From sequence record PV730302.1: a stretch of 64,000 nt of DNA; one strand, written 5' to 3'. Made by a program: the position numbers and the translations under genes. Positions 63,828 to 64,000 of the stretch are shown piece by piece; the stretch's first letter is position 1; every line of letters starts with the position of its first letter. Source of the stretch: a phage. A model generated the notes under the pieces. That model was not told the origin of the DNA and made no database searches. It worked only from the letters and a program-made list of their open reading frames with translations.

Positions 63828-64000
63828 TTAGGCCTTAAAAGTTTTTTGCAAAAGTTCAATGATTTGGTCAACGTTCTGTTCGGTAACAATGCAATGGATT
63901 TGAGTCACACCTGCTTTAGTAACAGGTCCGTCAACTTCATCTTGTTCGGCATATTCACGGAAGCAATAGAACTCGTCTTCATGCAATTCAAAATATTCCT
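63828..64000 (-). CDS. 3' end of hypothetical gene extending beyond window
   Basis: Open minus-strand frame from window edge ending ...IIELLQKTFKA with stop at 63828-63830. Confidence 0.4.
   Translation of the reverse strand, partial: EYFELHEDEFYCFREYAEQDEVDGPVTKAGVTQIHCIVTEQNVDQIIELLQKTFKA

Overview
This window is a contiguous segment of a T4-like (Tevenvirinae-type) myovirus genome, identified from gene order and from protein sequences that I recognise by recall of phage T4; no database search was run. The + strand carries the late structural and packaging block gp7 (5' end cut by the window edge) through gp24, then uvsW and the baseplate hub genes gp51 to gp54, with TATAAATA late promoters upstream of many of these genes. 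The - strand carries rnlB, hoc, inh, uvsY, gp25/gp26, two tandem Alt-like ADP-ribosyltransferases, DNA ligase gp30, the 30.x small-gene cluster, rIII, gp31, cd, pseT, a spanin pair, alc, rnlA, denA, nrdB, nrdA, td and frd, many behind GTTTAC-N17-TAnTAT early-type promoters. No tRNA, CRISPR array, transposon or group I intron was seen. I found no clearly defined novel multi-gene system. The best candidates for follow-up are an AT-rich orphan Dam-family methyltransferase between nrdB and nrdA, the diverged Alt paralog pair with a nearby NADAR-like/HAD-like gene pair, a self-contained promoter-to-terminator unit encoding a 53-aa basic protein, and several early-promoter-driven small ORFs of unknown function. 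Coordinates follow the supplied ORF track; where a start is revised to an internal ATG with a Shine-Dalgarno sequence, this is stated.
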